A program made the position numbers and the translations under genes. 64,000 nucleotides of DNA, taken from positions 94,673 to 158,672 of the forward strand of contig JAVBJQ010000006.1 in the NCBI GenBank assembly GCA_031546905.1, in the 5' to 3' direction. The DNA is from Eubacteriales bacterium. GTDB taxonomy: Bacteria; Bacillota; Clostridia; Lachnospirales; JAVBJQ01. Under the pieces are notes generated by a model. The model searched no databases, was not told the origin of the DNA, and was given only the letters and a program-made list of their open reading frames with translations. Below, piece after piece: positions 9,470-19,086 of this stretch. The first letter of the stretch is position 1. Each line of letters starts with the position of its first letter.

Positions 9470-10459
9470 CTATTGTTTTAAAATTAAATAAATAAAGTAT
9501 GGTACACCAATAATGGAAACAACAATGCCCAAATATAATTCAATGGGAGCAAAAAGATTTCTTGCAATCATATCGGCTACCACCACTAAAATCATGCCCA
9601 CCAACATGGCAATGATTAGTAACGATTTGTGCTTTGGTCCAACGAGGCGTCTTGCAATGTGGGGAGCAATTAGCCCTACAAAAGAAATACTACCAGCCAC
9701 AGAAGTTGCCGCACCAGCCAAAGCAACAGATAAAATAATAAGAGATAACCGCTGCTTTTCTACATGAATACCAAGTCCTAAGCAGGTTTCATCTCCTAAA
9801 TTAAAAGCATCTAAATACCGTGACTTGTACAAAGTAATGCCAGCTACAATTAAAATAATAGGGCAAACGGCAATAACATAATTCCAACTGCTTCCCCAAA
9901 TACTGCCAGAAGTCCACATTAGAATCCGGTTAAAATCTTTTATATTAAACTTGAGTTGCATTACAATAACCAAAGCAGAAAAAGCGGCGTTCACAGAAAT
10001 ACCCATTAACAAAATTCTGGTAGGGCTTACGCCTTTTTTCCAAGCCAATAAATAAACCAACATGGCGGCAAATACACCACCGCACATTGCAATAAATGGC
10101 ATGGTAAAAATGGACAACAAAGGCATACTATAATAGTTGTTGCCATTGGTCATGTAAATATAAACCACAACAAATAATGTTGCCCCTGCACTAATTCCTA
10201 AAATACCAGGCTCTGCTAAGTCATTGTGGGTTACACTTTGTAAAATAGTTCCCGAAAGGGCAAGTGCGCCACCAACAAGCATGGCAATAACAAGTCGTGG
10301 TAACCGTAAAGTAAACACGGCAATATTACTTTGGGCAGTGCCGTTCCCCATTAAAGTAGAAATAAATTCCAATGGGCTAATTGCCAATGTGCCCAAGTTC
10401 ATGCTTAAAAAAATGGCAGCTAATAAAATAATCATTAAAATACAAGCAACTTTTTTCAT
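9470..10459 (-). CDS. FecCD-family iron-siderophore ABC permease
   Basis: 329 aa, polytopic, with a typical FecCD pattern (LRLPR..., GIGLIAPHIAR-like segment). Confidence 0.9.
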   Translation of the reverse strand: MKKVACILMIILLAAIFLSMNLGTLAISPLEFISTLMGNGTAQSNIAVFTLRLPRLVIAMLVGGALALSGTILQSVTHNDLAEPGILGISAGATLFVVVYIYMTNGNNYYSMPLLSIFTMPFIAMCGGVFAAMLVYLLAWKKGVSPTRILLMGISVNAAFSALVIVMQLKFNIKDFNRILMWTSGSIWGSSWNYVIAVCPIILIVAGITLYKSRYLDAFNLGDETCLGLGIHVEKQRLSLIILSVALAGAATSVAGSISFVGLIAPHIARRLVGPKHKSLLIIAMLVGMILVVVADMIARNLFAPIELYLGIVVSIIGVPYFIYLILKQ

Positions 10460-11451
10460 GCTCTGCCACCTCTTCTCACTAAATAAACCAAAACAGGAAC
10501 GCCGATTAAAGAAGTGATAGAACCAACAGGAACTTCAAAAGGACTTGCTAAAACCCGAGCTAAAATATCACTGTACAAAAGCAAAACGCCGCCAAAAATC
10601 ATACAGACAGGAATAATTCGTTTATAATCAGTTCCCACGCAAAGTCTTACAATGTGGGGAACAATTAAACAAACAAAGCCAATATTGCCACCAACAGCGG
10701 CAGACGTTCCACTTAATACCACCACCACCATAAGGCTAAGCAGTCGTATTTTGTTTGGATTTTGACCTAGTCCAACGGCAGTTTCATCTCCTAGGCTTAA
10801 AATCATAATGTTGGGGGACAATCTAATAACAAAAAAAAGAATGAAAACAGAAACAATGGCTAACACAATAACAGAAGTCCAATTAGTAGCACTTAAACTG
10901 CCTGCAATCCAAAATCCTAAGTTTTTTGTGTTGTTGGTTAACAACGCAATCATAGAGGCAAGGGAAATAAAAAGAGTTCCCAAAGATGCCCCTGCTAAAA
11001 TCATGCGGTTTACATTCATACTGGATTTTTTCATGCTTAAAATAAAAATAAAAATAGCACTAATAGAAGCTCCGATAAATCCACAAAAAACTTTTCCCAT
11101 TGGCCCCGGAACAGGTTGAAACGCCATAAAAATAGAAACAGCCAAAGCCGCCCCTTGGGTAACACCCATAATAGACGGTGAGGCAATGGGGTTTGCTGTA
11201 ATTCCTTGTATAACAGCGCCAGAGGTTGCCAAAAAACAACCAATTAAAATAGCACAAATTGCCCGTGGCAACCGAATATCTTTTATAATTTGAGCATTTA
11301 CATTATTTGGGTCTTGGTGAAAAAAAGCATTGATAATATCCGTCAGTGGTATTTGATTTGCTCCAAAACTAATGGAGAGACATAGCCCAATTAAAATAAA
11401 AACAAGCCCCAATGCAATAAAATAAAATATTGAAATTCTTTTATAAGCCAT
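10456..11451 (-). CDS. FecCD-family iron-siderophore ABC permease
   Basis: 331 aa, paralogous to the neighbouring permease, with a 4-nt overlap with the downstream gene. Confidence 0.9.
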   Translation of the reverse strand: MAYKRISIFYFIALGLVFILIGLCLSISFGANQIPLTDIINAFFHQDPNNVNAQIIKDIRLPRAICAILIGCFLATSGAVIQGITANPIASPSIMGVTQGAALAVSIFMAFQPVPGPMGKVFCGFIGASISAIFIFILSMKKSSMNVNRMILAGASLGTLFISLASMIALLTNNTKNLGFWIAGSLSATNWTSVIVLAIVSVFILFFVIRLSPNIMILSLGDETAVGLGQNPNKIRLLSLMVVVVLSGTSAAVGGNIGFVCLIVPHIVRLCVGTDYKRIIPVCMIFGGVLLLYSDILARVLASPFEVPVGSITSLIGVPVLVYLVRRGGRA

Positions 11452-11527
11452 CTTCTTTCACTCCATATGCAGGGAGCGGTTTAATGCCGTTTAACAAAGG
11501 GTAAAAAAGGGAAGTAAACCGCTACAA

Positions 11528-12481
11528 TTATTTTTGAATCAGCAATTCTTTTATTTTGTCTACTAGGCTTAGTTTTCCATAAACACTGTAGGCTTGATTA
11601 AAATAAGGTGACTGTGGTAGCCAGATAACATGAGAATTTTTAACAGCTGTCATGTTTTTCCAAACAGAACTTGCTTCTAAAGTTGCTTTGTCCTCATCAG
11701 ATGCCAATACAATCATATAATCTGCATCAATTTTGGTTAAGCCTTCTAAAGAAGAAACAGGCAACGAAATATTATCTTGTTGTGGCAACGATGCTGGAGC
11801 GGCAAGCTTCATATCGTTGTATAAAATATCCCCATAGGCTGCACCAGTAAAAAGGTAGTAGTCACTTCCTGCGGTTAAAAATGCAAAATAAGTGGCATTT
11901 TCTCCGTTTGCTTTTTTGATGGTATCACCAATTTCTTTTGTTTTGGTGTCGTAGTCTTGAATATAAGATTCTGCTGCGGCTTCTTTGTCAAATAATTTTC
12001 CTACCATTTTAAAATCATTCCGCCAATTGTTTACATCAGGGCTAATCATAATGGTCGGTGCAATTTTACTAAATTGGTCATAGGCTTTTTCTTGGCGTGG
12101 GTTCATAATAATTAAATCAGGTTGAGATGCCAAAACTCCTTCTACATCTACGGTGTCTGTCATGGGGTACCCAACAATTTTTGCCCCTTCAAGTTCCTTT
12201 TCTAAATACACTGGAAATTTTGTGTGGTCATAGGCATCTGAATCAGATGTAGCCACAGGTTTGTTCCCTAGTATGTAGAGCATATCACTAATGCCTGAAA
12301 CGTCCGCAATTCTTTTTGGATCAGCGGGTATGGTTACATCTCCTTTTACTGTGGAGACTGTTCTTGTTTCAGTAGTTTGACTTGTTTGTGGTGTTTCACT
12401 GGCTGCTTTACAACCAACTGTTGCAATAGACAATGTAAATATTGTCATAGACATTATAATAGTAGTAAAAAATTTTTTCAT
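11528..12481 (-). CDS. siderophore/iron-complex substrate-binding lipoprotein
   Basis: Signal peptide with a lipobox (SIATVGC) and a periplasmic-binding-protein fold pattern. It is the first gene of the ABC operon. Confidence 0.85.
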   Translation of the reverse strand: MKKFFTTIIMSMTIFTLSIATVGCKAASETPQTSQTTETRTVSTVKGDVTIPADPKRIADVSGISDMLYILGNKPVATSDSDAYDHTKFPVYLEKELEGAKIVGYPMTDTVDVEGVLASQPDLIIMNPRQEKAYDQFSKIAPTIMISPDVNNWRNDFKMVGKLFDKEAAAESYIQDYDTKTKEIGDTIKKANGENATYFAFLTAGSDYYLFTGAAYGDILYNDMKLAAPASLPQQDNISLPVSSLEGLTKIDADYMIVLASDEDKATLEASSVWKNMTAVKNSHVIWLPQSPYFNQAYSVYGKLSLVDKIKELLIQK

Positions 12482-12530
12482 TTTAGAGTCTCCTTCTCAA
12501 GCTTTGTTACGCCTGTCTAACATTTTCTAA

Positions 12531-12559
12531 ATTATACATTATTTTTTTAAGATGTCAAT
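12531..12559 (-). promoter_or_regulatory. sigma-A type promoter for the iron ABC operon
   Basis: On the minus strand: TTGACA (12559-12554), a 17-nt spacer ending in TG, then TATAAT (12536-12531). Confidence 0.55.
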
Positions 12560-12801
12560 GTATAGCTGTTTAGAATTGTAAGCGGGTTCCCTAGAAATAT
12601 ATAAAATTATTTTTAACTTGTACGAAATTTCATTATATTTAAAAGGAAAATAAAAAAATTTATGGTATACTAATGATTATTAGAAACAGCTATATACTGC
12701 TGATAGGGACGTTGTTATGAGGATTTAAAATAATACAAGTACAGTATGCACAAAAAACACAAAGCAAGAAAAAATATGAACTGGGAGGTCGTTTTTAAGT
12801 A

Positions 12802-13089
12802 ATGTATAAGATGGAAGAATTAAAGACTATAATTCAAGATATAGCAAAACCCCTTCCTATTGCAACTGTTATACTGGTTGGGTCATATGCAACAAATAAT
12901 GCAACTGATAAAAGTGACATCGATTTAGTAGTAGACGGAGAAGATTTATCAGATGCTTATTGGGATTTTCTTTTTCAACTAGAGGATACATTAAAGATAA
13001 AAGTTGATTTAATGACAGCTAGAGGATTAAAAAATTCTTGTTTAAAAGATAATATTTTAGAAGATGGGGTTTTGATATATGAAGCATGA
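12802..13089 (+). CDS. mntA: MntA-type minimal nucleotidyltransferase (type VII antitoxin)
   Basis: GSYATNN...DSDIDLVV (GS-X10-DxD) motif, 95 aa. It overlaps the downstream HEPN gene by 11 nt. Confidence 0.8.
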   Translation: MYKMEELKTIIQDIAKPLPIATVILVGSYATNNATDKSDIDLVVDGEDLSDAYWDFLFQLEDTLKIKVDLMTARGLKNSCLKDNILEDGVLIYEA

Positions 13090-13408
13090 GATAAATCGTG
13101 TTTTGAAAAAACATATAAATGAACTTTATGACATTTTAGAGAAATATAATGCAAAAGATAAAAACACTTTAATTGTAAAAGCGGAGTCAGATATTGTTTT
13201 TCAAAGAGCGGTCTTAATGAGTGTAGGATACATTGGAGAGCTTTCTAAAAAACTAGATGAGAAAATAAAGGACTCCAATCCTAGTATTAATTGGCGCAGG
13301 CTGAGCAACACAAGAAATATTATATTTCACGATTATGACATTGTTGACATTGAAATTATATCCAATGTAGTTTTTAAGGATATACAATTTTTAAGTAAAA
13401 TACTATAA
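13079..13408 (+). CDS. hepT: HepT (DUF86/HEPN) RNase toxin
   Basis: Rx4HxY motif present as RNIIFHDY, 109 aa, translationally coupled to mntA. Confidence 0.8.
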   Translation: MKHEINRVLKKHINELYDILEKYNAKDKNTLIVKAESDIVFQRAVLMSVGYIGELSKKLDEKIKDSNPSINWRRLSNTRNIIFHDYDIVDIEIISNVVFKDIQFLSKIL

Positions 13409-13458
13409 CTGTTCAGGATAATAATTAGTACAGTAAAAAAAATAGACCGTCGTATGAA

Positions 13459-13797
13459 ATGGATTTTTCAAACGTATCGGCGTTAAACAAAAAATTTGAT
13501 GCCATATGGGCCATGAATAGTTTATTACATATTGAGAAATCTAAATTAGGTTTTGTTTTAGAGGAAATCAATAAAGTGTTACATCCCGCAGGATTGTTTT
13601 ATATGGGCGTTTATGGCGGAGAGGATTGGGAAGGTCTTAAAAAAGAAACAGAATATCCAACACCACGATTTTTTTCATTCTTTTCTGATGAAAAAATAAA
13701 AGAGGTAGTGTCCGTTTATTTTGATATTGTGCAATTTGAAACATTGGATTTTGATGGACAATATTGTCACCAGTCTATTGTGATGAGAAAAAAATAA
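13459..13797 (+). pseudogene. 5'-truncated class I SAM-dependent methyltransferase fragment
   Basis: Only the post-motif-I part is present (FDAIWAMNSLLHI...VLHPAGLFY). The glycine-rich SAM motif I is missing, and only 50 nt separate it from the hepT stop. Confidence 0.55.
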
Positions 13798-13834
13798 ATA
13801 AGGCATTTTAAAAATAAATAGGAGATGATAAGAC

Positions 13835-14233
13835 ATGAGTTTTACAATAGAGATGGTTGACGATATACGGTCAAAAGCAAAAACGGGTGCTGATTATCCT
13901 AGTGAGGTTCAAGCATTAAAGTCAATTGGTGTGGTTGCATATGACTATCATGTAGAGACTGGCATAACCCACTATTTTTCCAAAGAAAGGAAGCCCATTC
14001 AATCAAAATCAAATGGACTAAGTGCTTTTGTAAGTGAAATGGCTTCTCGGGAAAAATTACAACACATATTAAAAATTCACCAAGCAGGGCAAACAGACTT
14101 TCCTACTTTTTGTAAGCAAGCTGGGGAAGCTGGAGTTTACAAATGGGTAGCAGACCTAACGCAAATGAACGTTAAATATGTAGACAAAATGGAAAATATA
14201 ATAATAGAAGAAAGCATACCAGCACCAAAATAA
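13835..14233 (+). CDS. DUF1398-family protein
   Basis: 132 aa. The pattern YPSEVQALKSIGV...QAGQTDFPTFCKQAGEAGVYKW resembles DUF1398. Called from memory of the family, not from a search. Confidence 0.45.
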   Translation: MSFTIEMVDDIRSKAKTGADYPSEVQALKSIGVVAYDYHVETGITHYFSKERKPIQSKSNGLSAFVSEMASREKLQHILKIHQAGQTDFPTFCKQAGEAGVYKWVADLTQMNVKYVDKMENIIIEESIPAPK

Positions 14234-14245
14234 ACAAATTTTATG

Positions 14246-14290
14246 AAACCACTTATGAGGTCAATTTTTAGAAGCCTAAGTAAGTGGTTT
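14246..14290 (+). terminator. hairpin after the DUF1398 gene
   Basis: AAACCACTTA (14246-14255) pairs with TAAGTGGTTT (14281-14290). The loop is large and the T tail is short. Confidence 0.4.
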
Positions 14291-14394
14291 TGAAGTAAAT
14301 TTACGGTAAATGTTAATTATTACTTCTTTAAAAAACACCATTGGCATGGTATAATTGCGCAATCACAAAAGAGACACATAAGGGGGAATAGCAT

Positions 14395-14802
14395 ATGCAA
14401 TGGAATGATAAATTAGCCACCAATATTGAGCTGATGGACAGTCAGCACAAGGAAATTATAAGAAGAATAAATGACGTATTACTGGCGGGAAATGGCAAGC
14501 ACAAGCCTGAGCAATTAAAATTAGCTTTAAAATTACTAGGAGATTATTGTGCCACTCATTTTAGCCAAGAGGAAAATTTACAACTACGAAGTAAATATCC
14601 AAAATATGCAGAGCACAAAAAACTTCACACGGATTTTTTAAAAAAAGTAGCAGAGTTTCAAGATAGCGCGGAGACGTCACAGGATATGGTACAAATTGCA
14701 GCATCTATCGAAAAAGAAGTAAGTTACTGGCTTGTATATCATATTAATGGTGTAGATAAAGTGGTGGCAAGATATTTAATTGCAAACAACTTTTTAAAGT
14801 AA
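14395..14802 (+). CDS. hemerythrin-like metal-binding protein (bacteriohemerythrin)
   Basis: W-x-D-x-L...[12 protein letters not shown]-terminal signature and conserved His/Glu/Asp positions. 135 aa. Confidence 0.85.
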   Translation: MQWNDKLATNIELMDSQHKEIIRRINDVLLAGNGKHKPEQLKLALKLLGDYCATHFSQEENLQLRSKYPKYAEHKKLHTDFLKKVAEFQDSAETSQDMVQIAASIEKEVSYWLVYHINGVDKVVARYLIANNFLK

Positions 14803-14818
14803 GAGAGGAGGTTTTTGC

Positions 14819-16603
14819 ATGAGATTAGTTAGTATTATGAAATATAGTGTTTTATTTTATGTTTTTAGTTTTATTGTTATTATTGGTGGGGGAATGTACC
14901 ACTATTTTGGACCTGTTAAGTATGATAATTTGATTACAGATACTTTTATGATTGTTACAATTTTGGTTTCCATAGTATCCATTATATTAATTTATTTTGT
15001 TTATAAAAGAATGAAATCATTAAACGAACTGGCAAAGGCAGCCAACAGTCTTTCAGAAGGTGAATTGGAAGTTTTTATTGATTACCGATTTGATAGCCAA
15101 GATGAAGTTGGTGAATTGGCAGTCAGCCTTACCTTATTAAGAGACACCTTGAAAAGAACGTTAACAGATATGGACAATTTATCCATACTGCACAATGATG
15201 GTTATATTTATCAAACCATTGATTCTTCTACTTATCGGGGTGTTTATCGTAAAGTAGCGGAAAGTACATCTGCCATGGTTGGTTCTTACGCACAAATGAT
15301 TGCAGAATTAACGGCTTGTTTAAGTGGATTTGCAGAAGGAAATTTTGATGTGAAACTGCAAGAGTACCCAGAAGAAAAAAATAAAATTAACCAGTCTGTG
15401 AAAGTGCTAGGGGACAACTTATCTAACATTAGCATAGAAATCAATAAACTTGTTGGCGCTGCCATTGCAGGCAATTTATCCGACAGAGCCAATGTAGCGG
15501 ATTTTAAAGGAGATTGGTCTAGCATCATACACCAACTAAACAATTTGTTGGAGACGGTCATTGAACCAATACAAGAATCTTCTTTGGTACTACAAGAAAT
15601 AGCAAAAGGGAATTTTAACATAGAAGTAAAAGGCAATTACCAAGGGGATTTTCTTCTTATTAAGGAAGCGCTAAATCATACCGTAAGAGAGATTTCAACT
15701 TATATTAAAGAAATTAGCAATGTGCTGATGGAACTTTCTCAGGATAATTTGGATCAACAAATAAAAAGAGAATACATTGGACAATTTGGTCAAATTAAGG
15801 AATCCTTAAATACGATTATTTTAAAACTAAATACGGTAATGAAAAAAATAAATAAGTCAGCGGATAAAGTTTCGTTAGATGCAAAACAAATATCAGAGCA
15901 AAGTAGTTTATTGGCGGGAGGGGTGGCAGAGCAAGAAAATGCCATTGAAAACCTTACAGTAGGAATTAATCATATTAACCAACAAGCCCATGACAATGCC
16001 ACTAGTGCAAAAAATGCAGAAGAGTTAGCCACTATTTTAAAAGTAAGCGCAGTAGAAGGCACAAAACAAATGAATGATATGGTGACTTCTATGGAAGCCA
16101 TTAGCACATCATCAGCCAATATTGCTGATATTATAAAAGTAATTGAAGATATTGCATTTCAAACAAATTTGCTTGCCTTAAACGCTTCGGTAGAAGCAGC
16201 AAGAGCAGGTCAACATGGAAAAGGGTTTGCTGTTGTAGCGGAAGAAGTTAAAAATCTTGCCACAAGAAGCCAAGAGGCAGTGAAAGCGTCCAGAAGTCTT
16301 ATTGAAAATTCTACAGTAAGGGTGAAGGAGGGTTCTGATACAGCTCATATTACAAACCGTGCACTGCAAGATATTGTAGCAAAAATAACCCAAGTATCAT
16401 CTATTATTGGTACCATCAATATTGCTTCTCTGAGCCAAACAGAATCCATATCCAACACAAGTTCTATTATAGGGAAAATTAATGATGTAGTAAAAAATAA
16501 TGCTACCATGTCCCAATCATCAGCAGGCGCATCACAGGAATTAGCCATTGAATCTGAAATGCTAAAAAACATGGTTGGTGTATTTACATTGAAAAAGGGA
16601 TAA
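14819..16603 (+). CDS. methyl-accepting chemotaxis protein with tandem HAMP-like repeats and no sizeable extracytoplasmic domain
   Basis: Two N-terminal TM helices separated by a few residues, repeated HAMP-like units ([16 protein letters not shown]) and a conserved MCP signalling hairpin ([32 protein letters not shown]). Confidence 0.9.
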   Translation: MRLVSIMKYSVLFYVFSFIVIIGGGMYHYFGPVKYDNLITDTFMIVTILVSIVSIILIYFVYKRMKSLNELAKAANSLSEGELEVFIDYRFDSQDEVGELAVSLTLLRDTLKRTLTDMDNLSILHNDGYIYQTIDSSTYRGVYRKVAESTSAMVGSYAQMIAELTACLSGFAEGNFDVKLQEYPEEKNKINQSVKVLGDNLSNISIEINKLVGAAIAGNLSDRANVADFKGDWSSIIHQLNNLLETVIEPIQESSLVLQEIAKGNFNIEVKGNYQGDFLLIKEALNHTVREISTYIKEISNVLMELSQDNLDQQIKREYIGQFGQIKESLNTIILKLNTVMKKINKSADKVSLDAKQISEQSSLLAGGVAEQENAIENLTVGINHINQQAHDNATSAKNAEELATILKVSAVEGTKQMNDMVTSMEAISTSSANIADIIKVIEDIAFQTNLLALNASVEAARAGQHGKGFAVVAEEVKNLATRSQEAVKASRSLIENSTVRVKEGSDTAHITNRALQDIVAKITQVSSIIGTINIASLSQTESISNTSSIIGKINDVVKNNATMSQSSAGASQELAIESEMLKNMVGVFTLKKG

Positions 16604-16636
16604 ATAGAAATTTGAAGCTTAACTTTTAAAAAATCA

Positions 16637-16667
16637 TTGACATTCCACCTTGTAGATAGTGTATTGT
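16637..16667 (+). promoter_or_regulatory. candidate MerR-type promoter (19-nt spacer)
   Basis: TTGACA (16637-16642), a 19-nt spacer, then TATTGT (16662-16667), directly upstream of the MerR gene. Confidence 0.35.
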
Positions 16668-16722
16668 TATTATTAAGATTTAACAATAGAGACAAGGAAA
16701 AAGTAAGACAGGGGTGTGTCAT

Positions 16723-17430
16723 ATGTTCATAAAAGAAGTAGAAGAAATAACAGGCATTACGGCTAAAAATATTCGATTTTATGAAAAAGAAGGACTGCTA
16801 ACACCAGAACGCAATGAACAAAATCAGTATCGAAATTATTCTGAAGAAGATATTCGAATATTGAAAGAAATTAAGCTACTGCGAAAATTTGATATTTCCC
16901 TACAAGATATAAAAAATATTCAAAGTGGAACTTTACCCCTTGGGGACTGTATGGAAAAATATATTTTGTTTTTATGTGAACGGAAAAATGAATTAGCCAA
17001 GGCCATTGAGTTATGCAAAGAAATTAAAAAGAATGAGTCTCAACTATCCAACATAAACGTTGATTTTTATTTAAATAAAATCAACGTCATGGAAATAAAA
17101 GGAATGAAGTTTGCAGATATTGCAAAGGATTTTATTACAAATGCAAAGGCTTTTTTTCCACCTACTATTCAACTATTTTTTGAACCCGAAAACCCCATAA
17201 CCAACAAAAGAGAATTTACCGACGAAATTTTTAGGCATGCCAATAAAAATAATTTGTCTGTAACTATTTTACATGAAGGAATGGAACCAGTTATATGGTT
17301 AGAGGGAAAAAGATATTATTGTATGCTAGGAGTTCCAAGGATGATTAACGTGCCATTTCTCCCGTTTTTTATGGCAAGTCCATTTGCATTTAAATGGGTA
17401 TACTTTTATGAAGATAAGTACCCAGAATAA
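16723..17430 (+). CDS. MerR-family transcriptional regulator
   Basis: N-terminus MFIKEVEEITGITAKNIRFYEKEGLL is a canonical MerR HTH. The ATG at 16723 is better placed behind AGGGGTG than the one at 16714. Confidence 0.8.
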   Translation: MFIKEVEEITGITAKNIRFYEKEGLLTPERNEQNQYRNYSEEDIRILKEIKLLRKFDISLQDIKNIQSGTLPLGDCMEKYILFLCERKNELAKAIELCKEIKKNESQLSNINVDFYLNKINVMEIKGMKFADIAKDFITNAKAFFPPTIQLFFEPENPITNKREFTDEIFRHANKNNLSVTILHEGMEPVIWLEGKRYYCMLGVPRMINVPFLPFFMASPFAFKWVYFYEDKYPE

Positions 17431-17489
17431 AAAAATATGAATAATACTTTATCAATGGGGAGAAAATGGAGATGATACCATAGAAAACA

Positions 17490-18857
17490 TTGAAAAGGAA
17501 AAATAATGAAAGAGGTGTTACTATTAGTAAAATTGTTGTAGTTGGGTCAAATCATGCAGGTACAGCGGCAATTAATACATTAAGAAGTACTTGTCCTGAA
17601 AATGAAGTGGTGGTTTTTGACAAAAACTCTAATATTAGTTTTTTAGGGTGTGGCATGGCACTTTGGATTGGGGAACAAATTAGTTCTGGCGAGGGGCTTT
17701 TTTATTCAGACAAACAAAAACTAGAAGCAGCAGGTGCAAAAGTAAACATTGAAGCAGAAGTAAAAAAAGTAGATTTTAAAGGAAAAAAATTATATGCTAC
17801 GTTAAAAGATGGTAGTGAAGTAGTGGAAAGTTATGATAAATTAATTTTAGCCACAGGCTCATTGCCAATTGTTCCTGATGTTCCTGGGAAAGAACTAGAA
17901 AATGTGCAACTGGTAAAATTATATCAAAATGCACAAGATGTCATTGAAAAACTAAAAGATACCAGCCTAAAGAATATTACAATAGTTGGTGCTGGGTACA
18001 TTGGTGTAGAACTTGCAGAAGCATTTCAAAGAAAAGGCAAGTCTGTTACTGTAATTGATTTGGTGGATACTTGCCTTGCAAATTATTATGATAAACCGTT
18101 TACCGACAACATGAATGAGAATTTAAAAAATCATGGCATAAAACTTTGTTATGGAGAACGTTTGTTAGAAATCAAAGGAAATAAAAAAGTGGAAGCTGTC
18201 ATAACAGATAAAGGGGAACATCCTTCTGACATGGTTATTTTATGTATTGGCTTTCGACCAAATAACCTGCTTGGAAAAGAGGACATTTCTTTATTTAAAA
18301 ATGGCGCATACCTTGTTAACAAGCGACAAGAAACCAGTATAAAAGATGTGTATGCCATTGGAGATTGTGCAACAGTATATGACAATACCATTGAAGATAC
18401 CAATTATATCGCACTGGCGACCAATGCGGTTCGTAGTGGACTGGTAGCAGCTTATAACGCTTCTGGTGTAGATGTAGAAAGCATAGGTGTTCAAGGCTCT
18501 AATGGAATTTGTATTTATGATTATAAAATGGTTTCTACAGGCATCACCATGGAAAAAGCAAAAGCGTTGGGTATGGATGTAGACTGCGTTGATTATGAAG
18601 ATTATCAAAAACCACAATTTATAGAAGCTGAAAACCAAAAAGTAAAAATTAGAATTGTGTACGACAAAAAATCAAGGCGAATAGTAGGAACTCAAATAGC
18701 ATCTGTACATGACATTTCCATGGGAATCCATCTGTTTTCTCTGGCAATTCAAGAAAAAGTGACAATTGATCGATTAAAATTGTTGGATATCTTTTTCTTG
18801 CCACATTTTAACCAACCTTATAATTATATTACCATGGCGGCATTAAGTGCAAAATAA
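17490..18857 (+). CDS. FAD-dependent pyridine-nucleotide-disulfide oxidoreductase (NADH oxidase / CoA-disulfide reductase family)
   Basis: [12 protein letters not shown] motif, redox-active Cys in [10 protein letters not shown], and a second dinucleotide fold [10 protein letters not shown]. The start codon is ambiguous (TTG 17490, or ATT 17523 behind AGAGGTG). Confidence 0.85.
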   Translation: MKRKNNERGVTISKIVVVGSNHAGTAAINTLRSTCPENEVVVFDKNSNISFLGCGMALWIGEQISSGEGLFYSDKQKLEAAGAKVNIEAEVKKVDFKGKKLYATLKDGSEVVESYDKLILATGSLPIVPDVPGKELENVQLVKLYQNAQDVIEKLKDTSLKNITIVGAGYIGVELAEAFQRKGKSVTVIDLVDTCLANYYDKPFTDNMNENLKNHGIKLCYGERLLEIKGNKKVEAVITDKGEHPSDMVILCIGFRPNNLLGKEDISLFKNGAYLVNKRQETSIKDVYAIGDCATVYDNTIEDTNYIALATNAVRSGLVAAYNASGVDVESIGVQGSNGICIYDYKMVSTGITMEKAKALGMDVDCVDYEDYQKPQFIEAENQKVKIRIVYDKKSRRIVGTQIASVHDISMGIHLFSLAIQEKVTIDRLKLLDIFFLPHFNQPYNYITMAALSAK

Positions 18858-18900
18858 AGTTGCGTTGAGGTTTAAGAATAAAAAAAGAGAGTTAAACAGC

Positions 18901-18938
18901 AAGAAGCTGATTTCTGAATTAACAGGAGTCAGCTTCTT
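18901..18938 (+). terminator. hairpin after the oxidoreductase gene
   Basis: AAGAAGCTGA (18901-18910) pairs with TCAGCTTCTT (18929-18938) and is followed by TTAAATTT. Confidence 0.45.
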
Positions 18939-19086
18939 TAAATTTGCCCTACTCGATTTTCCTTACTATCTTTATGTTCTAGATTGACCATGGTATAATA
19001 TAGTTAGATAAGATTATTACAAACAATTATAAGACAGAATCACGATATTATATAAATAGGTTATATATTTGGAAGGATGACGTGTT

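Noticed and set aside
12668-12683. Fur box (TACTAATGATTATTAG) as the regulator site of the iron-siderophore ABC operon.
   Set aside because: Only about 11/15 positions match TGATAAT-N-ATTATCA. It lies ~110 nt upstream of the mapped-by-eye minus-strand promoter and overlaps a plus-strand -10 instead. This is too weak to call.
17490-17525. Non-canonical ATT start (17523, 5 nt after AGAGGTG) for the NADH-oxidase-family gene, which would give the family-typical N-terminus (M)SKIVVVG.
   Set aside because: It is plausible, but ATT starts are rare and the in-frame TTG at 17490 cannot be excluded. It is recorded as start-codon ambiguity rather than a finding.
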